A stretch of 63,813 nt of DNA, counting the filler. It is 5 parts of 5 records of this genome, joined end to end, with 100 filler letters (N's around TTAATTAATTAA, not from the genome) between each part and the next. Parts side by side here need not be neighbours in the genome. Positions count along the whole stretch, not along the records: positions 1 to 21,992 come from SRR31156797_26040; 4 more parts are not named here. One strand, given 5' to 3'. The position numbers and the translations under genes are program-made. Positions 10,596 through 20,243 of this stretch are shown here, piece after piece; the first letter of the stretch is position 1, and every line of letters begins with the position of its first letter. The notes below the pieces were generated by a model, which saw nothing but the letters and a program-made list of their open reading frames with translations, did no database searches and had not been told where the DNA came from.

Positions 10596-10626
10596 CCGTT
10601 TAAACCTTTATTCGACGGAGGTTAAT

Positions 10627-11931
10627 ATGTCCAAGACAAGAGTAGCGATCGTCAAAACAGGACCCCTGAAAGGGAATCCGGAATTTTTAGGCGGGAAATT
10701 TGTCCGCTACGAGGAAGACATTGAATCACTCAAAAAGAAGATAGCCGAAGCCATCTCCCTTTCGTTGGGAAGCATCGACGATATCATCAAGGAAGGAGAA
10801 ACCGTCCTAATCAAACCGAACCTGGCCTTCCTGGCGCCCCCGGAGAGCTTTTCGGTGGTGGATCCGCGAATGATCGAAGCCATGGTGAGCTGGCTCAAGG
10901 AAAACTCCAAAGCCCGCGAGATCTGGGTCGGAGACAACCCCTCCCTCGGACAGCACGTGGGCCGGGCTCGCCCCGCATTCGACGCTTCAGGCATGAAAGC
11001 CGCGGCCTTTCGCGGCGGCGCCGACAAGGTCCTCTTCTTTGACGAAGAGGAACTGGTGGATGTGGAAATCGAGGGAGCCCGCCTCTATCGCAAGGCCAAG
11101 ATATTCAAGCCGCTTCTGGACGCGGACAGGGTCATCAATCTGCCCAAGATGAAAACACATCTTGCGGGAACCGTCACCCTCGGCATAAAGAACTGGCAGG
11201 GGATCATCCCCAACATTCATCCGAGCGGAGAGCAGCAGGACGTACACAGGCTCGACCTCGGCCAAAAATGCGCGGATCTTCTTCGCGTTCGCAAGGCCGA
11301 TCTAACCTTCGTGGATGGGCTGATCGCCATGGAGGGTCAGGGGCCCCACGCCGGAACCCCTTTGGAGATGAACCTCATGATCGCCGGCGTCGACACCGTG
11401 GCCGTGGATGCGGTCACTTCGTACGTGATGGGTTTCGAGACCGTCGAAATACCGGCTGTCAGGATCGCGGCCACCGAGGGCCTGGGCGTGCGCGGCTTCG
11501 ATAAGATCGACGTGGTGGGAACCCCAAAGGAAGAGGTCAGGACCTTCTTCAAGCGTCCCATGAACGATCCGGTGGGACTCATTCCCGGAATCAACGCCGT
11601 AATTCAGCAGACCTGTCCGGGCTGTTTCGCAAATATCCGCGGAGGGCTCGACAACTTCAACAACACCGTCGACGTCAAGGATTTCATCCTAAAGGCCGGG
11701 GAAATCTACATCCTGGCCGGCGGCGTACCCGACTTCAAGCCCGAGTGGACGATGGGGAAACACCTCTTCATCACCGGCGACTGCTGGAAGCTCTTTCCGT
11801 CCAAAGACAAGGTGGAAGAAGCCAAGAAACTTGCCAAGAGCGTTACCGAATACCCCGGATGCGCGCCCGTGTATATTTTCGCGCAGCTCAACGGCGACTT
11901 GCAGGCATTATACCAGAAATGCCGTCAATAG
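10627..11931 (+). CDS. DUF362 domain protein with a C-terminal Cys-containing (putative Fe-S) domain
   Basis: VLIKPN, INLPKMKTH, TLGIKN, DTVAVD motifs; C-terminal CPGC...GDC...PGCAP. Confidence 0.8.
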   Translation: MSKTRVAIVKTGPLKGNPEFLGGKFVRYEEDIESLKKKIAEAISLSLGSIDDIIKEGETVLIKPNLAFLAPPESFSVVDPRMIEAMVSWLKENSKAREIWVGDNPSLGQHVGRARPAFDASGMKAAAFRGGADKVLFFDEEELVDVEIEGARLYRKAKIFKPLLDADRVINLPKMKTHLAGTVTLGIKNWQGIIPNIHPSGEQQDVHRLDLGQKCADLLRVRKADLTFVDGLIAMEGQGPHAGTPLEMNLMIAGVDTVAVDAVTSYVMGFETVEIPAVRIAATEGLGVRGFDKIDVVGTPKEEVRTFFKRPMNDPVGLIPGINAVIQQTCPGCFANIRGGLDNFNNTVDVKDFILKAGEIYILAGGVPDFKPEWTMGKHLFITGDCWKLFPSKDKVEEAKKLAKSVTEYPGCAPVYIFAQLNGDLQALYQKCRQ

Positions 11932-11936
11932 AAACC

Positions 11937-12680
11937 ATGCCGGAGGACGCGACACCCTTGGAAAATGGAAAATGCCTGTGGCTCGACCTGGGACTGATGC
12001 CCTACGCACCGGCCTTTGACATTCAGGCCGCGCTGTACAGGGAGCGCATAGAAGGAGAGCTGCCCACGATCGTCATCGTACAGGAAAACCATCCTGTTTT
12101 TACCATCGGAAGGACCGGAAGCCGTTCCAACATTCTGGCGCCGGAGAAAATGCTTGAAACCCTCGGCATCGAGGTTATCGAGGTCAATCGCGGAGGGGAC
12201 GTGACCTTCCACGCCCCCGGGCAGATCATCGTCAGTCCGCTTTTTTTCCTGGGCGACATCGACCTGAACGCCAATCAGTATTTTCACCGGCTCGAGGACG
12301 TCCTCATATCGGTTCTGGCCCGGTTCGAAATAGAATCGGAAAAAAAAGAGGGCTACCCGGGCGCCTGGTGCGGCCCGGAAAAAATCGGTGCGGTGGGCAT
12401 TGCCGTGCGTCACGGTTACACGTGCCACGGATTTTCCCTGAACGTAAACCCGAATCTCTATCCTTTCGAACTCATCAACCCGTGCGGGGTCGAACGGATG
12501 CCGGTCACCTCCATGCGCAAAATGCTCAACCGTGAGATACCGGGCGATCAGGCCCGAAAGGCCATCAGAGACAACTTGGGAAAAGTGTTCGGGTTCGATT
12601 TCCGGGATATCACCCTGAACGATGCGTTGAACATGCTGAAAAACCCTCCGCCCGCAATAACAGCGAAAGGTTTTTCATAA
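11937..12680 (+). CDS. lipB: Lipoyl(octanoyl) transferase
   Basis: HPVFTIG, RGGDVTFHAPGQ, KIGAVG, HGFSLN, INPCG; likely ATG 11937. Confidence 0.9.
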   Translation: MPEDATPLENGKCLWLDLGLMPYAPAFDIQAALYRERIEGELPTIVIVQENHPVFTIGRTGSRSNILAPEKMLETLGIEVIEVNRGGDVTFHAPGQIIVSPLFFLGDIDLNANQYFHRLEDVLISVLARFEIESEKKEGYPGAWCGPEKIGAVGIAVRHGYTCHGFSLNVNPNLYPFELINPCGVERMPVTSMRKMLNREIPGDQARKAIRDNLGKVFGFDFRDITLNDALNMLKNPPPAITAKGFS

Positions 12681-12711
12681 AAATCAAAACAACCTGAAGG
12701 AGCCAAAACAA

Positions 12712-12951
12712 ATGGATTACGATATTGTTGTGCCTTCAACGGCAGACGGATCACTCCAGGTGACCATCGTTTCATGGATACGGAAACCTGGAGACGAAGT
12801 GGAAATGGGTCAGGATATGGCCGAAGCCTCCACGGAAAAGATCACCCTTTACATCACCGCGCCGGCTGACGGAATCATGAAGCGGGTCGTGGTTGCCGAA
12901 GGCGAAAAGGCGGACGTGGGCGATGTGGTGGGAATCATGAGCGACGAATAG
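12712..12951 (+). CDS. Stand-alone lipoyl domain protein
   Basis: 79 aa; W...PGDEV..G..M.E.STEK...I.APADG biotinyl/lipoyl pattern with the lipoyl Lys. Confidence 0.85.
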   Translation: MDYDIVVPSTADGSLQVTIVSWIRKPGDEVEMGQDMAEASTEKITLYITAPADGIMKRVVVAEGEKADVGDVVGIMSDE

Positions 12952-12960
12952 GAGGGGTAA

Positions 12961-13713
12961 ATGCGACTCGAAAACAAGGTAGCCCTGGTGACTGGCAGCA
13001 GCCGGGGCATCGGCCGGAAAATAGCCTTCGCCATGGCGCGGGAAGGCGCCCACGTCGTCATCAACTACAGTCGGAGCGAAGAGGCGGCCCTGGAAGCAGT
13101 AGCAAAAGTGCAGGAGATGGGAAGACGGGCCATCGCGGTGCAGGCCGGCGTCACAAAACGATCCGAAGTGGAGAGAATGGTCGCCAGGACCATCGAAGAA
13201 TTCGGTCGCCTCGACGTTCTGGTCAACAATGCCGGAGGATTTCCCATCAAGCCTTTTGCCCTGATCACGGACGAGGACTGGGACGAGGTTATGGATCTCG
13301 ATCTCAAGAGCGTTTTTCTCTGCAGTCAGGCCGCCATGGCGGTCATGCGACCGAGAAAAAGCGGCGCCATCGTCAATATTGCCTCTGTCTCGGGTCTGGT
13401 GGGCGCGGTGAGCATGGTGCCCTATTCCGCCGCAAAGGGCGGCGTCATCGCCTTTTCCAAGGCTCTCGCAAGGGAGAGCGCTCCCATGGGCATCAGGGTC
13501 AACGCCATCGCCCCGGGGATCATCGAAACGGACACGGCCCTCTCCGTATTCCCTGAAAGCGCCCTCAAGGCGTACACCACCTATCAGGTTCCCATGGGAA
13601 GGCTGGGACGGCCGGAAGAGATCATGGGGATGGCCGTATTCCTGGCATCGGACGAGGCTTCCTACATCACCGGTCAGGTATATGCCGTTGATGGGGGCTT
13701 TACCATGCAGTAG
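12961..13713 (+). CDS. Short-chain dehydrogenase/reductase (FabG-like)
   Basis: TGSSRGIG, NNAG, YSAAK, NAIAPG, VDGG. Confidence 0.92.
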   Translation: MRLENKVALVTGSSRGIGRKIAFAMAREGAHVVINYSRSEEAALEAVAKVQEMGRRAIAVQAGVTKRSEVERMVARTIEEFGRLDVLVNNAGGFPIKPFALITDEDWDEVMDLDLKSVFLCSQAAMAVMRPRKSGAIVNIASVSGLVGAVSMVPYSAAKGGVIAFSKALARESAPMGIRVNAIAPGIIETDTALSVFPESALKAYTTYQVPMGRLGRPEEIMGMAVFLASDEASYITGQVYAVDGGFTMQ

Positions 13714-13757
13714 AAGGATAAACGGGCGCCCGGGAAAAGGATGGCGCCGATTGAATC

Positions 13758-14555
13758 CTATCCGGAAATAACGCCGGCCCTGGATGCGGTTGTGTAATTA
13801 CGGCAGAAGCGATCCCGGCCGAGGAGTAATTCAGTGGCCAACAACGCCTCCCGCATGGATGTTTCCGTGGGATCGATGATGGCGGAATCCATCCCGGCGG
13901 CCAGAGCAAGGGTTAAAAATGTCCTGTTGATCAGATGGCGGTGGGGAAGCCCGAAGGAGACATTGCTGAGCCCCATGGTGATGTGGGTCCGGGGAAATTC
14001 TTCACGGATGCGCCTGATGACTTCAAGCGTAGTATTGCCCGCCGCCATATCCGTGGCAATGGATAACACCAACGGGTCGATATAGAGGTTTTCGTCGGCA
14101 AGACCCTTTTCCCGGGTGAGACCGACCATCCGGCGGATAACGCCGAGACGGCTGTCCGCTGTCTTGGGAATACCCCCCTCATCCAGGGCCAGCGCGATGA
14201 GTTCGCAATCGTGCTCCGCCGCCAGCGGCAGGATATTTTCCAACCGCTTCGGTTCCCCGCTGATGGAATTGATCATCGGTTTGTGGTTTACTTCTCCCAG
14301 TGCGGCCCTTAACGGTTCAGGACGTGAACTGTCCAGGCAAAGCTGGGTATCCACCGCGTCCTGCACCGTCCGAACCAGCCACACAAGATCTTCCGTTTCA
14401 CGGTCCGGCGTGCTCCCGGCGTTTACATCCAGAACCGCGGCGCCGGCCTTAACCTGGGATTTCGCCAAGGAGACGATGTAATCTTCATCCCTATGGCCGA
14501 TGGCCCGGGCCACGGATTTTCGGGTTCCATTAATTTTTTCTCCGATGATTTTCAT
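13758..14555 (-). CDS. Methyltetrahydrofolate:corrinoid methyltransferase (AcsE-like pterin-binding; MT2)
   Basis: IIGEKING, LDVNAG, LDS, INSI, DPL, GLSNVSFGLP. Confidence 0.9.
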   Translation of the reverse strand: MKIIGEKINGTRKSVARAIGHRDEDYIVSLAKSQVKAGAAVLDVNAGSTPDRETEDLVWLVRTVQDAVDTQLCLDSSRPEPLRAALGEVNHKPMINSISGEPKRLENILPLAAEHDCELIALALDEGGIPKTADSRLGVIRRMVGLTREKGLADENLYIDPLVLSIATDMAAGNTTLEVIRRIREEFPRTHITMGLSNVSFGLPHRHLINRTFLTLALAAGMDSAIIDPTETSMREALLATELLLGRDRFCRNYTTASRAGVISG

Positions 14556-14582
14556 TTTCTTTTCAACTCCATAATCTTGTTT

Positions 14583-16418
14583 TCAGGTTTTAAACCGCAT
14601 GGCCCTCACGAACAATCGGCTGAACCGGGAATCGTTGGCCATTTCCATATGGCGTGCGCCAAAAGCGATGGCCGCTACGCGTTCTCTTTCTTCATTGCTC
14701 ATGAGCGCCAGAGAGGCGCCCGCCAACGCCGCGTTTCCAGCCTGGACAAAGCGGGCTTTCGGCAGTTCGGGAAACAAGCCCACGGCAAGAGCGCTTTGGA
14801 GGTTCAGATGGGCGCCGAAGGCGCCTGCCAGATACACGCGGGCTACTTCCTCAGGGGGTGTGCCGGTTCTTTCCAGCAACGTTTTGATGGCCGCATGGAT
14901 GGCACCCTTGGCCAGCTGAATTTCCGAGACATCCCGCTGGGTGAGCAGAATATCGCGACCGGAACCGCTGGTCTCCGCCGACGCCAGCCGGTAGAACGGA
15001 CCGTCCGGCCCCGAGAGGATGCGGTCTCCGTTCTTCTTTAAATGCCCCCTCTTATCCACGAAGCCGATCCTTAGGAGCTCGGAAAGTGCATCCAGGATAC
15101 CGGATCCGCAAAGACCCAGAGGCGGTTCATGGTTGATGGTTTCAACCACCGGGCCGCTTTCGGTTATCCGAACCCCTTTGATGGCCCCCGGCGCCGCCCG
15201 CATCCCGTCGCGGATGTGCGCCCCTTCAAGGGCTGGGCCGGAAGCGCAGGACGCAACGAACAGTTCTCCCACGGGACCCGGCTTTGCCAAAACAATCTCC
15301 GTGTTTGTGCCGATGTCCACCCCTAGAGCCGTATCCGGACTCCGATCAAGGTTGCAGGCGAGAATCATGGCCACGTGGTCGCCGCCTACAAACCCTTCGA
15401 TGCAGGGCATGATCAGTATCCGGGCACAGGGGACATTATTCAAGCCCAGATCTCCGGCGGAGATTTCAAGGGGACTGGAAAATCCGGCGATATAGGGGGC
15501 CCGGGCCAGGGGGGCAACCGGCAACTGCAACAGGAGATGGGACATGGCGGTATTGCCGCAGACGGCCATTTGAAGAACCTGATCGGGCGATAATTGGCCC
15601 TTACTGCACAGGTCTCGGGCCAGGTCATTGAGCGCATCCAAGAGCATGCTTGCCAGTTTTCGGCCGCCCTCATTGCCATGAACGGCATAATCCATTCGGC
15701 TGACAATGTCTTCGCCAACAGAGATTTGTGGGTTCACCATTCCGGCTGAACAAACTTCATCTCCGGATTCAAGGTTCAGAAGCCGCCCGGCAATGGTTGT
15801 GGTCCCCATGTCAACGGCCACGCCCAGGGGCGCCGTTTTCTCGGGCGCCAACCCCACGGGCACGCCGTCTCGAAGGAAAACCGTAAAAGGCCCCTCACTC
15901 GACCTGATGATTTCGGAAAGGCGCCGCACAAAATGCGGATGCACTTTCCATTCCTTAATTTCGGACGCGTGCATTGCCGCCATCAACCGTTTCAGGTCCG
16001 ATTGTTGATCTCGCAAGGTCGGTGGGTCAATGGCCACTTGAACGGAAGTGATTAGCGGCGCGCCGTCGTAGGAACGCAATCGCCCATGAACCTGAACCAC
16101 CGGGTCATATTTCCACAAGGCGTTTGACACATATATCCCGGCATCGCCGTCCACCCTTGTCCGGCACGCCAATCTCTCTTTCGACGAAGCGCCTTTACGC
16201 TTAAGCGCGCTCTTTTCATCTGGATTCGGTGGCGAAATGTTTCCCGAAAGTATTTCGACCCTGCACCTGCCGCATTTACCCCTGCCGCCACAGTCCGAGG
16301 CCAGAGGCACCCCGGCCTGGCGCGCCGCTTCAAGAAGCGTTGTGCCGGCGGGGACTTCAATGCGTTTGCCGAGGGGATGAAATTCGATATTGCCGGTTTT
16401 TTTAGAATTCAGTGACAT
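14583..16418 (-). CDS. ATP-dependent corrinoid reductive activase (RACo/ASKHA, N-terminal 2Fe-2S)
   Basis: CGGRGKCGRC...RLAC; DMGTT, GNTAM, DIGTNTE, GPALEG, CGSG, QLAKGA, AGAFG. Confidence 0.9.
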   Translation of the reverse strand: MSLNSKKTGNIEFHPLGKRIEVPAGTTLLEAARQAGVPLASDCGGRGKCGRCRVEILSGNISPPNPDEKSALKRKGASSKERLACRTRVDGDAGIYVSNALWKYDPVVQVHGRLRSYDGAPLITSVQVAIDPPTLRDQQSDLKRLMAAMHASEIKEWKVHPHFVRRLSEIIRSSEGPFTVFLRDGVPVGLAPEKTAPLGVAVDMGTTTIAGRLLNLESGDEVCSAGMVNPQISVGEDIVSRMDYAVHGNEGGRKLASMLLDALNDLARDLCSKGQLSPDQVLQMAVCGNTAMSHLLLQLPVAPLARAPYIAGFSSPLEISAGDLGLNNVPCARILIMPCIEGFVGGDHVAMILACNLDRSPDTALGVDIGTNTEIVLAKPGPVGELFVASCASGPALEGAHIRDGMRAAPGAIKGVRITESGPVVETINHEPPLGLCGSGILDALSELLRIGFVDKRGHLKKNGDRILSGPDGPFYRLASAETSGSGRDILLTQRDVSEIQLAKGAIHAAIKTLLERTGTPPEEVARVYLAGAFGAHLNLQSALAVGLFPELPKARFVQAGNAALAGASLALMSNEERERVAAIAFGARHMEMANDSRFSRLFVRAMRFKT

Positions 16419-16486
16419 CCGTTGACGGTAATGTTCCACTTCACATGAAAAATAACGGAAGTGGAACAATGCTTTCCATAATGGTT

Positions 16487-17620
16487 TTATACAACACCGA
16501 ACTCGCGGCTCGCAGCCACGAAAGCTTCAAAGTTTTCAGGTTTGGCATTTAAAGGTCCGTCACATCCCGGAGCGAGCAGCAAACCATCAGGACCCACATC
16601 ATTGACAAGATTTCGAATATAATTGCGGACGTCTTCGGGTGTGCCTGTTGAAAGGATTGAGGCGGGCAGATCGCCCATTATAGCCGTATGGCCTTTAAGG
16701 ATTTGCTTGGCTTTTCGAATATCCGTCATGCCGTCCAGATTGAGCACGCATTTTTTTGCCGGCAATTCCAGAAGCCTTTCAAGATCCCTGTTCCAATCCT
16801 GGTCCCAATGGAACACCGGCGTGATGCCTTCTTCAATCAACTCAAGGGCTATTTTTTTAAAATATGGCCAGACAAAGCGATCCCAAAGTTTTGGGGCGAG
16901 CATGGCACTGGCCGTTCGCCAGCCGCCCACCCAGATGGCAGGCACCCCGGTGATTTTGGCCATGTTTTTGCCGTGTTCAATATAAAAAGGGAGTATAACA
17001 TCCATGGCTTCTTGTACTTTGTCGGGAATGCGATACAGATCAAAAAAGAATTGGTTCATGGACCTGACGCCGCAAAGGGGTTCAAAAGGTATCGTTGTAA
17101 TTGAAGGGACCGTAACCACATATCCCGCTTCTCGAAATTTCCCTGCAACGCCTCCGATATGGGCCTCGTTCCAGGCCATATGCTCCCCCATCATTTTCAT
17201 ATCACATACCTGGGGAAGCATTTTTTCCAAAAATGGGCCGTAGCCTTTATCGATAATGAGATCATAATCATCCACGGACATGATTTCCTTTTCGACAACC
17301 TGCCAAAGCGCTTCTTCATCGAGATCTATTCCGGGAATCAAGACTTTGGAGAGCCATAAGCTTGTCAGGTTCATGGGATGAATGCCCGAGGGCATAAGGT
17401 TGATGCCGTCCACATCCCCAAGCTTTTTCATTGCCTCAATGGTTACATCCACCGCGGCACTCGCATCCAGACAGAATTTGTGTTGCGTCATCCCCATGTA
17501 TTTTGGGGCAAAGGCTGTGCCCATAAAGAGACAAGGCACCTTGTCCACCGGATCACAATTTATGGCGTTATGAATGCGGCTCAATCTTTCCTGATAAAGC
17601 TTTTCATTTTCAGTGCTCAT
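16487..17620 (-). CDS. UroD/MtaA-family methyltransferase (probable substrate-specific MT1)
   Basis: UroD-fold signatures (DKVP, FFFDLYRIP.KV, MGDLP, GTPEDV..Y, APGC, NAKPEN); overlaps the corrinoid protein gene. Confidence 0.8.
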   Translation of the reverse strand: MSTENEKLYQERLSRIHNAINCDPVDKVPCLFMGTAFAPKYMGMTQHKFCLDASAAVDVTIEAMKKLGDVDGINLMPSGIHPMNLTSLWLSKVLIPGIDLDEEALWQVVEKEIMSVDDYDLIIDKGYGPFLEKMLPQVCDMKMMGEHMAWNEAHIGGVAGKFREAGYVVTVPSITTIPFEPLCGVRSMNQFFFDLYRIPDKVQEAMDVILPFYIEHGKNMAKITGVPAIWVGGWRTASAMLAPKLWDRFVWPYFKKIALELIEEGITPVFHWDQDWNRDLERLLELPAKKCVLNLDGMTDIRKAKQILKGHTAIMGDLPASILSTGTPEDVRNYIRNLVNDVGPDGLLLAPGCDGPLNAKPENFEAFVAASREFGVV

Positions 17621-18240
17621 GATAACCACTCCTTTGCCAGAGTTACGGCCGCCTGTGCATCAGCGCCCCAGTTGTCCGCACCCGTATATTTGCATACGGT
17701 CTCATCGACGGGTCCACCGCCGATCATGATTTTGACCCTGTCCCGCAGATCCGCTTCTCCAAAAGCGTCCACCGTTGCCTTGATGGAATCAAATGCAATG
17801 GTCAGAAGCGCTGACAGGCTTACCACCGTTGCGCCGGTCTCTTTAACGGCTTCCACAAAGCGCTCCGGGGGAACATCCACTCCCAGATCGACCACCTCCA
17901 TGTTTCCTGATTTGAGCATGCCCACCACAAGATCCTTGCCGATATCGTGGATATCGTCCTTGACGGTGCCCACAACCACTTTTCCCATGGAGGTTCCGCT
18001 GCCGGCCCCGATGCTCGGGCCCAACAATTCGCTGATCTGTTTGAATATTTCACCGGCCATCATCAAATCGGAGATGTAATACTTGCCCTCCTCGAATCTT
18101 TTCCCGACGCCTACCATGCCTTCCTGGCAGGCGGCAAGGATCTCGTTGATATCTACGCCTTCATCGATCTGTTTTTTGACCAATGCCAGAACCTTTTCCT
18201 CTTCCAGTTCCGTCATCAGTCCGGCTACATGATTGTCCAT
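17617..18240 (-). CDS. Corrinoid (cobalamin-binding) protein
   Basis: Cap domain plus DIHDIGKDLV (DxHxxG), LSALLT, IMIGG. Confidence 0.93.
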   Translation of the reverse strand: MDNHVAGLMTELEEEKVLALVKKQIDEGVDINEILAACQEGMVGVGKRFEEGKYYISDLMMAGEIFKQISELLGPSIGAGSGTSMGKVVVGTVKDDIHDIGKDLVVGMLKSGNMEVVDLGVDVPPERFVEAVKETGATVVSLSALLTIAFDSIKATVDAFGEADLRDRVKIMIGGGPVDETVCKYTGADNWGADAQAAVTLAKEWLS

Positions 18241-18321
18241 AACCTATCTCCTTTCCAAAATAAATGGTTTTTGATCCCGCCGCCCCAAAAAGATGGGACA
18301 CAGGCTTTGTGGGTACACGGT

Positions 18322-18993
18322 TCACCCGTTTTCCCCCATAAACATTTCGTACAAAATTTCCTCTCCAGGCCCTATGACTTTTAAATGACGGTTCGCTCCG
18401 CCATTAATCAACGCATCAAATAAGGCGGTTGAACCTGTAATTTCTCCATATTCCAGCCCGAACGCCAACGCTTTGGAGCGGGCATAGGCGAGATGGGTCC
18501 CGGCGTCCGCGGATTTGTCCGTATGGATATAGGAGAGATGCGTGTAATTTTTGAGCAGCATATCCATTAACCGGTCCGCTTTTTTTTGACCGAATCGCTT
18601 CAGCATATGGCCGTATTCTTCAAAGGGCGTTGAGCCCGCCTCCACCCACCCCCGGCTAAGAAAAAAAGTGCCCGGGGCCGATTTCAGTTGATTCAAATGG
18701 GCGGTTCTTGAACCCAGGAACAGACCGATACAGTCATCCACCAGTGGAATAATGATTCTGGAGCGCTTCGATTTCAGTCCCTCCACCGCCCTGGAACATA
18801 GACCGTATCCCAAAACAAGGGTTTCGAAGTCTCGCTCCGCCCGGTCAATGGCCTCTTGAAGCGTGGCTCTCAAACGCTCCGGGTGGACATGAAGTGCAGG
18901 GTCGATGACTCGAACGGGGAGAGCGTCACCGATTCTCCCATGCAGTTCCTTGGCCACCACCTCACAGGCGATCAGAACTGAATCTTTTCGCAT
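18322..18993 (-). CDS. DUF1638 domain protein
   Basis: IAC, LH..PE.L, LGYGLC, DDCI..FLG, GTFFL..GW motifs; typical neighbour of corrinoid genes. Confidence 0.8.
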   Translation of the reverse strand: MRKDSVLIACEVVAKELHGRIGDALPVRVIDPALHVHPERLRATLQEAIDRAERDFETLVLGYGLCSRAVEGLKSKRSRIIIPLVDDCIGLFLGSRTAHLNQLKSAPGTFFLSRGWVEAGSTPFEEYGHMLKRFGQKKADRLMDMLLKNYTHLSYIHTDKSADAGTHLAYARSKALAFGLEYGEITGSTALFDALINGGANRHLKVIGPGEEILYEMFMGENG

Positions 18994-19385
18994 ATGGATC
19001 CCCCGGGCTTGATCCAGGTAGTGGATACATTGTTGTCGGCAGCCAGTTCATCCATGGAATCGAGGAGCAGTTTTTTGATCCGGATCACGGGCAACCCTAG
19101 GACATGAGCGTTTAAGGCAAGCTCCATGTACCCGGGCCGGCCGATAATCTTCCCTTCGGACGACGCAGGGCGTCTTCCGTCCGTAATGCTCACCCGCAGC
19201 CAGGAATCTTGCGGACCCTTGGCAAAGCCCTTTATGTGACCGATCAGGGCGCCTTCCTCCAACATGCAGCGTCTGGCCAACCGTTCCATCAAAGAGATGA
19301 TGGCCCCATTCAAGGAATCTTCCGGAGAACTGTCCAACCGACTTATTCTAAGCTTCACCGCATACGGCTCCAGTCTCATATCCAT
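18972..19385 (-). CDS. Hypothetical protein, partner of the G3E GTPase
   Basis: 137 aa with an IGHIK motif; overlaps both neighbouring genes. Confidence 0.65.
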   Translation of the reverse strand: MDMRLEPYAVKLRISRLDSSPEDSLNGAIISLMERLARRCMLEEGALIGHIKGFAKGPQDSWLRVSITDGRRPASSEGKIIGRPGYMELALNAHVLGLPVIRIKKLLLDSMDELAADNNVSTTWIKPGGSICEKIQF

Positions 19386-19972
19386 GGCAAAAGCGCTCCC
19401 GATACATCCGGCCCGAGTTCATGGCGGGCGCTGATGGTAAATATCCGATCCTCCGGCATATACTGAAGGACCGTCTCATGAGTATATTTCAGCTCTTCCG
19501 CGGACGCCTCATCCGCCTTGTTGATCAGGATCACATCGGCTTGTTTTATGGTTGCCTCAATCAGCGGGGTCGCGACCGCCATGAGCATCTCCATACGTAA
19601 TGAATCGAGCAGGGCCGCCTTTGTCAGACTTTCAAACGGCCGACCTTTATAGCCGGCCAAAACACCAACCAGGTTTCGGGGGTCAGCGGCGCCGCTCGGT
19701 TCCAAAAGCACCAGATCCGGTTGATACTCCTTTTGAACTCTATCCAATGTGCCGGTTACATCCCCGGCCAAGGAGCAACAGATACATCCCCCCAAAAGCT
19801 CCCAGACATTGAATCCCAGCTGCCGCATCAGTTGGTTGTCGATTCCGATTTCGCCCACCTCATTGACCAGGATAGCCACCTTTTTATTGTGGTGCCGGGC
19901 CAGTTCCGCCAGGCGCAACAGCAATGTGGTCTTTCCGCTGCCCAAAAATCCCGTGATAAGTAAAAGATGCAT
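19376..19972 (-). CDS. CobW/HypB/UreG (G3E) family metallochaperone GTPase
   Basis: GFLGSGKTT, NEVG, GGCICC, EPSG, NKAD. Confidence 0.9.
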   Translation of the reverse strand: MHLLLITGFLGSGKTTLLLRLAELARHHNKKVAILVNEVGEIGIDNQLMRQLGFNVWELLGGCICCSLAGDVTGTLDRVQKEYQPDLVLLEPSGAADPRNLVGVLAGYKGRPFESLTKAALLDSLRMEMLMAVATPLIEATIKQADVILINKADEASAEELKYTHETVLQYMPEDRIFTISARHELGPDVSGALLPWI

Positions 19973-20020
19973 GTCAACTCCCAAAAAAACGTACGATTTT
20001 CAATTTACATTCTATTAACC

Positions 20021-20042
20021 ACATATTATAATAAGTTGTCAA
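20021..20042 (-). promoter_or_regulatory. Near-perfect 16-bp palindrome adjoining a TTGACA -35 box; probable GntR operator
   Basis: ACATATTATAATAAGT at 20021-20036; TTGACA on the minus strand at 20042-20037, upstream of the corrinoid operon; the -10 box is not clear. Confidence 0.5.
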
Positions 20043-20243
20043 CTAAAAAAATGAGGCCGGAAAATTTCTCTTTTCCGCCCTGTTAGGGCTCCATGCATGA
20101 AAGAGTTCACAATTTTACGAGTTGATTTAATCCGGTTAACCGGATATTCATATAACCGTGACGGCGACCGATCCAAATGGATGGACAAAACACGCGACAT
20201 AACGACGTCGACGAGATTAAGAGCACTTCAAAATATTTAAGGT

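Noticed and set aside
19985-20243. Cobalamin riboswitch upstream of the corrinoid operon
   Set aside because: No B12-box or conserved core was recognised, and the leader appears too short
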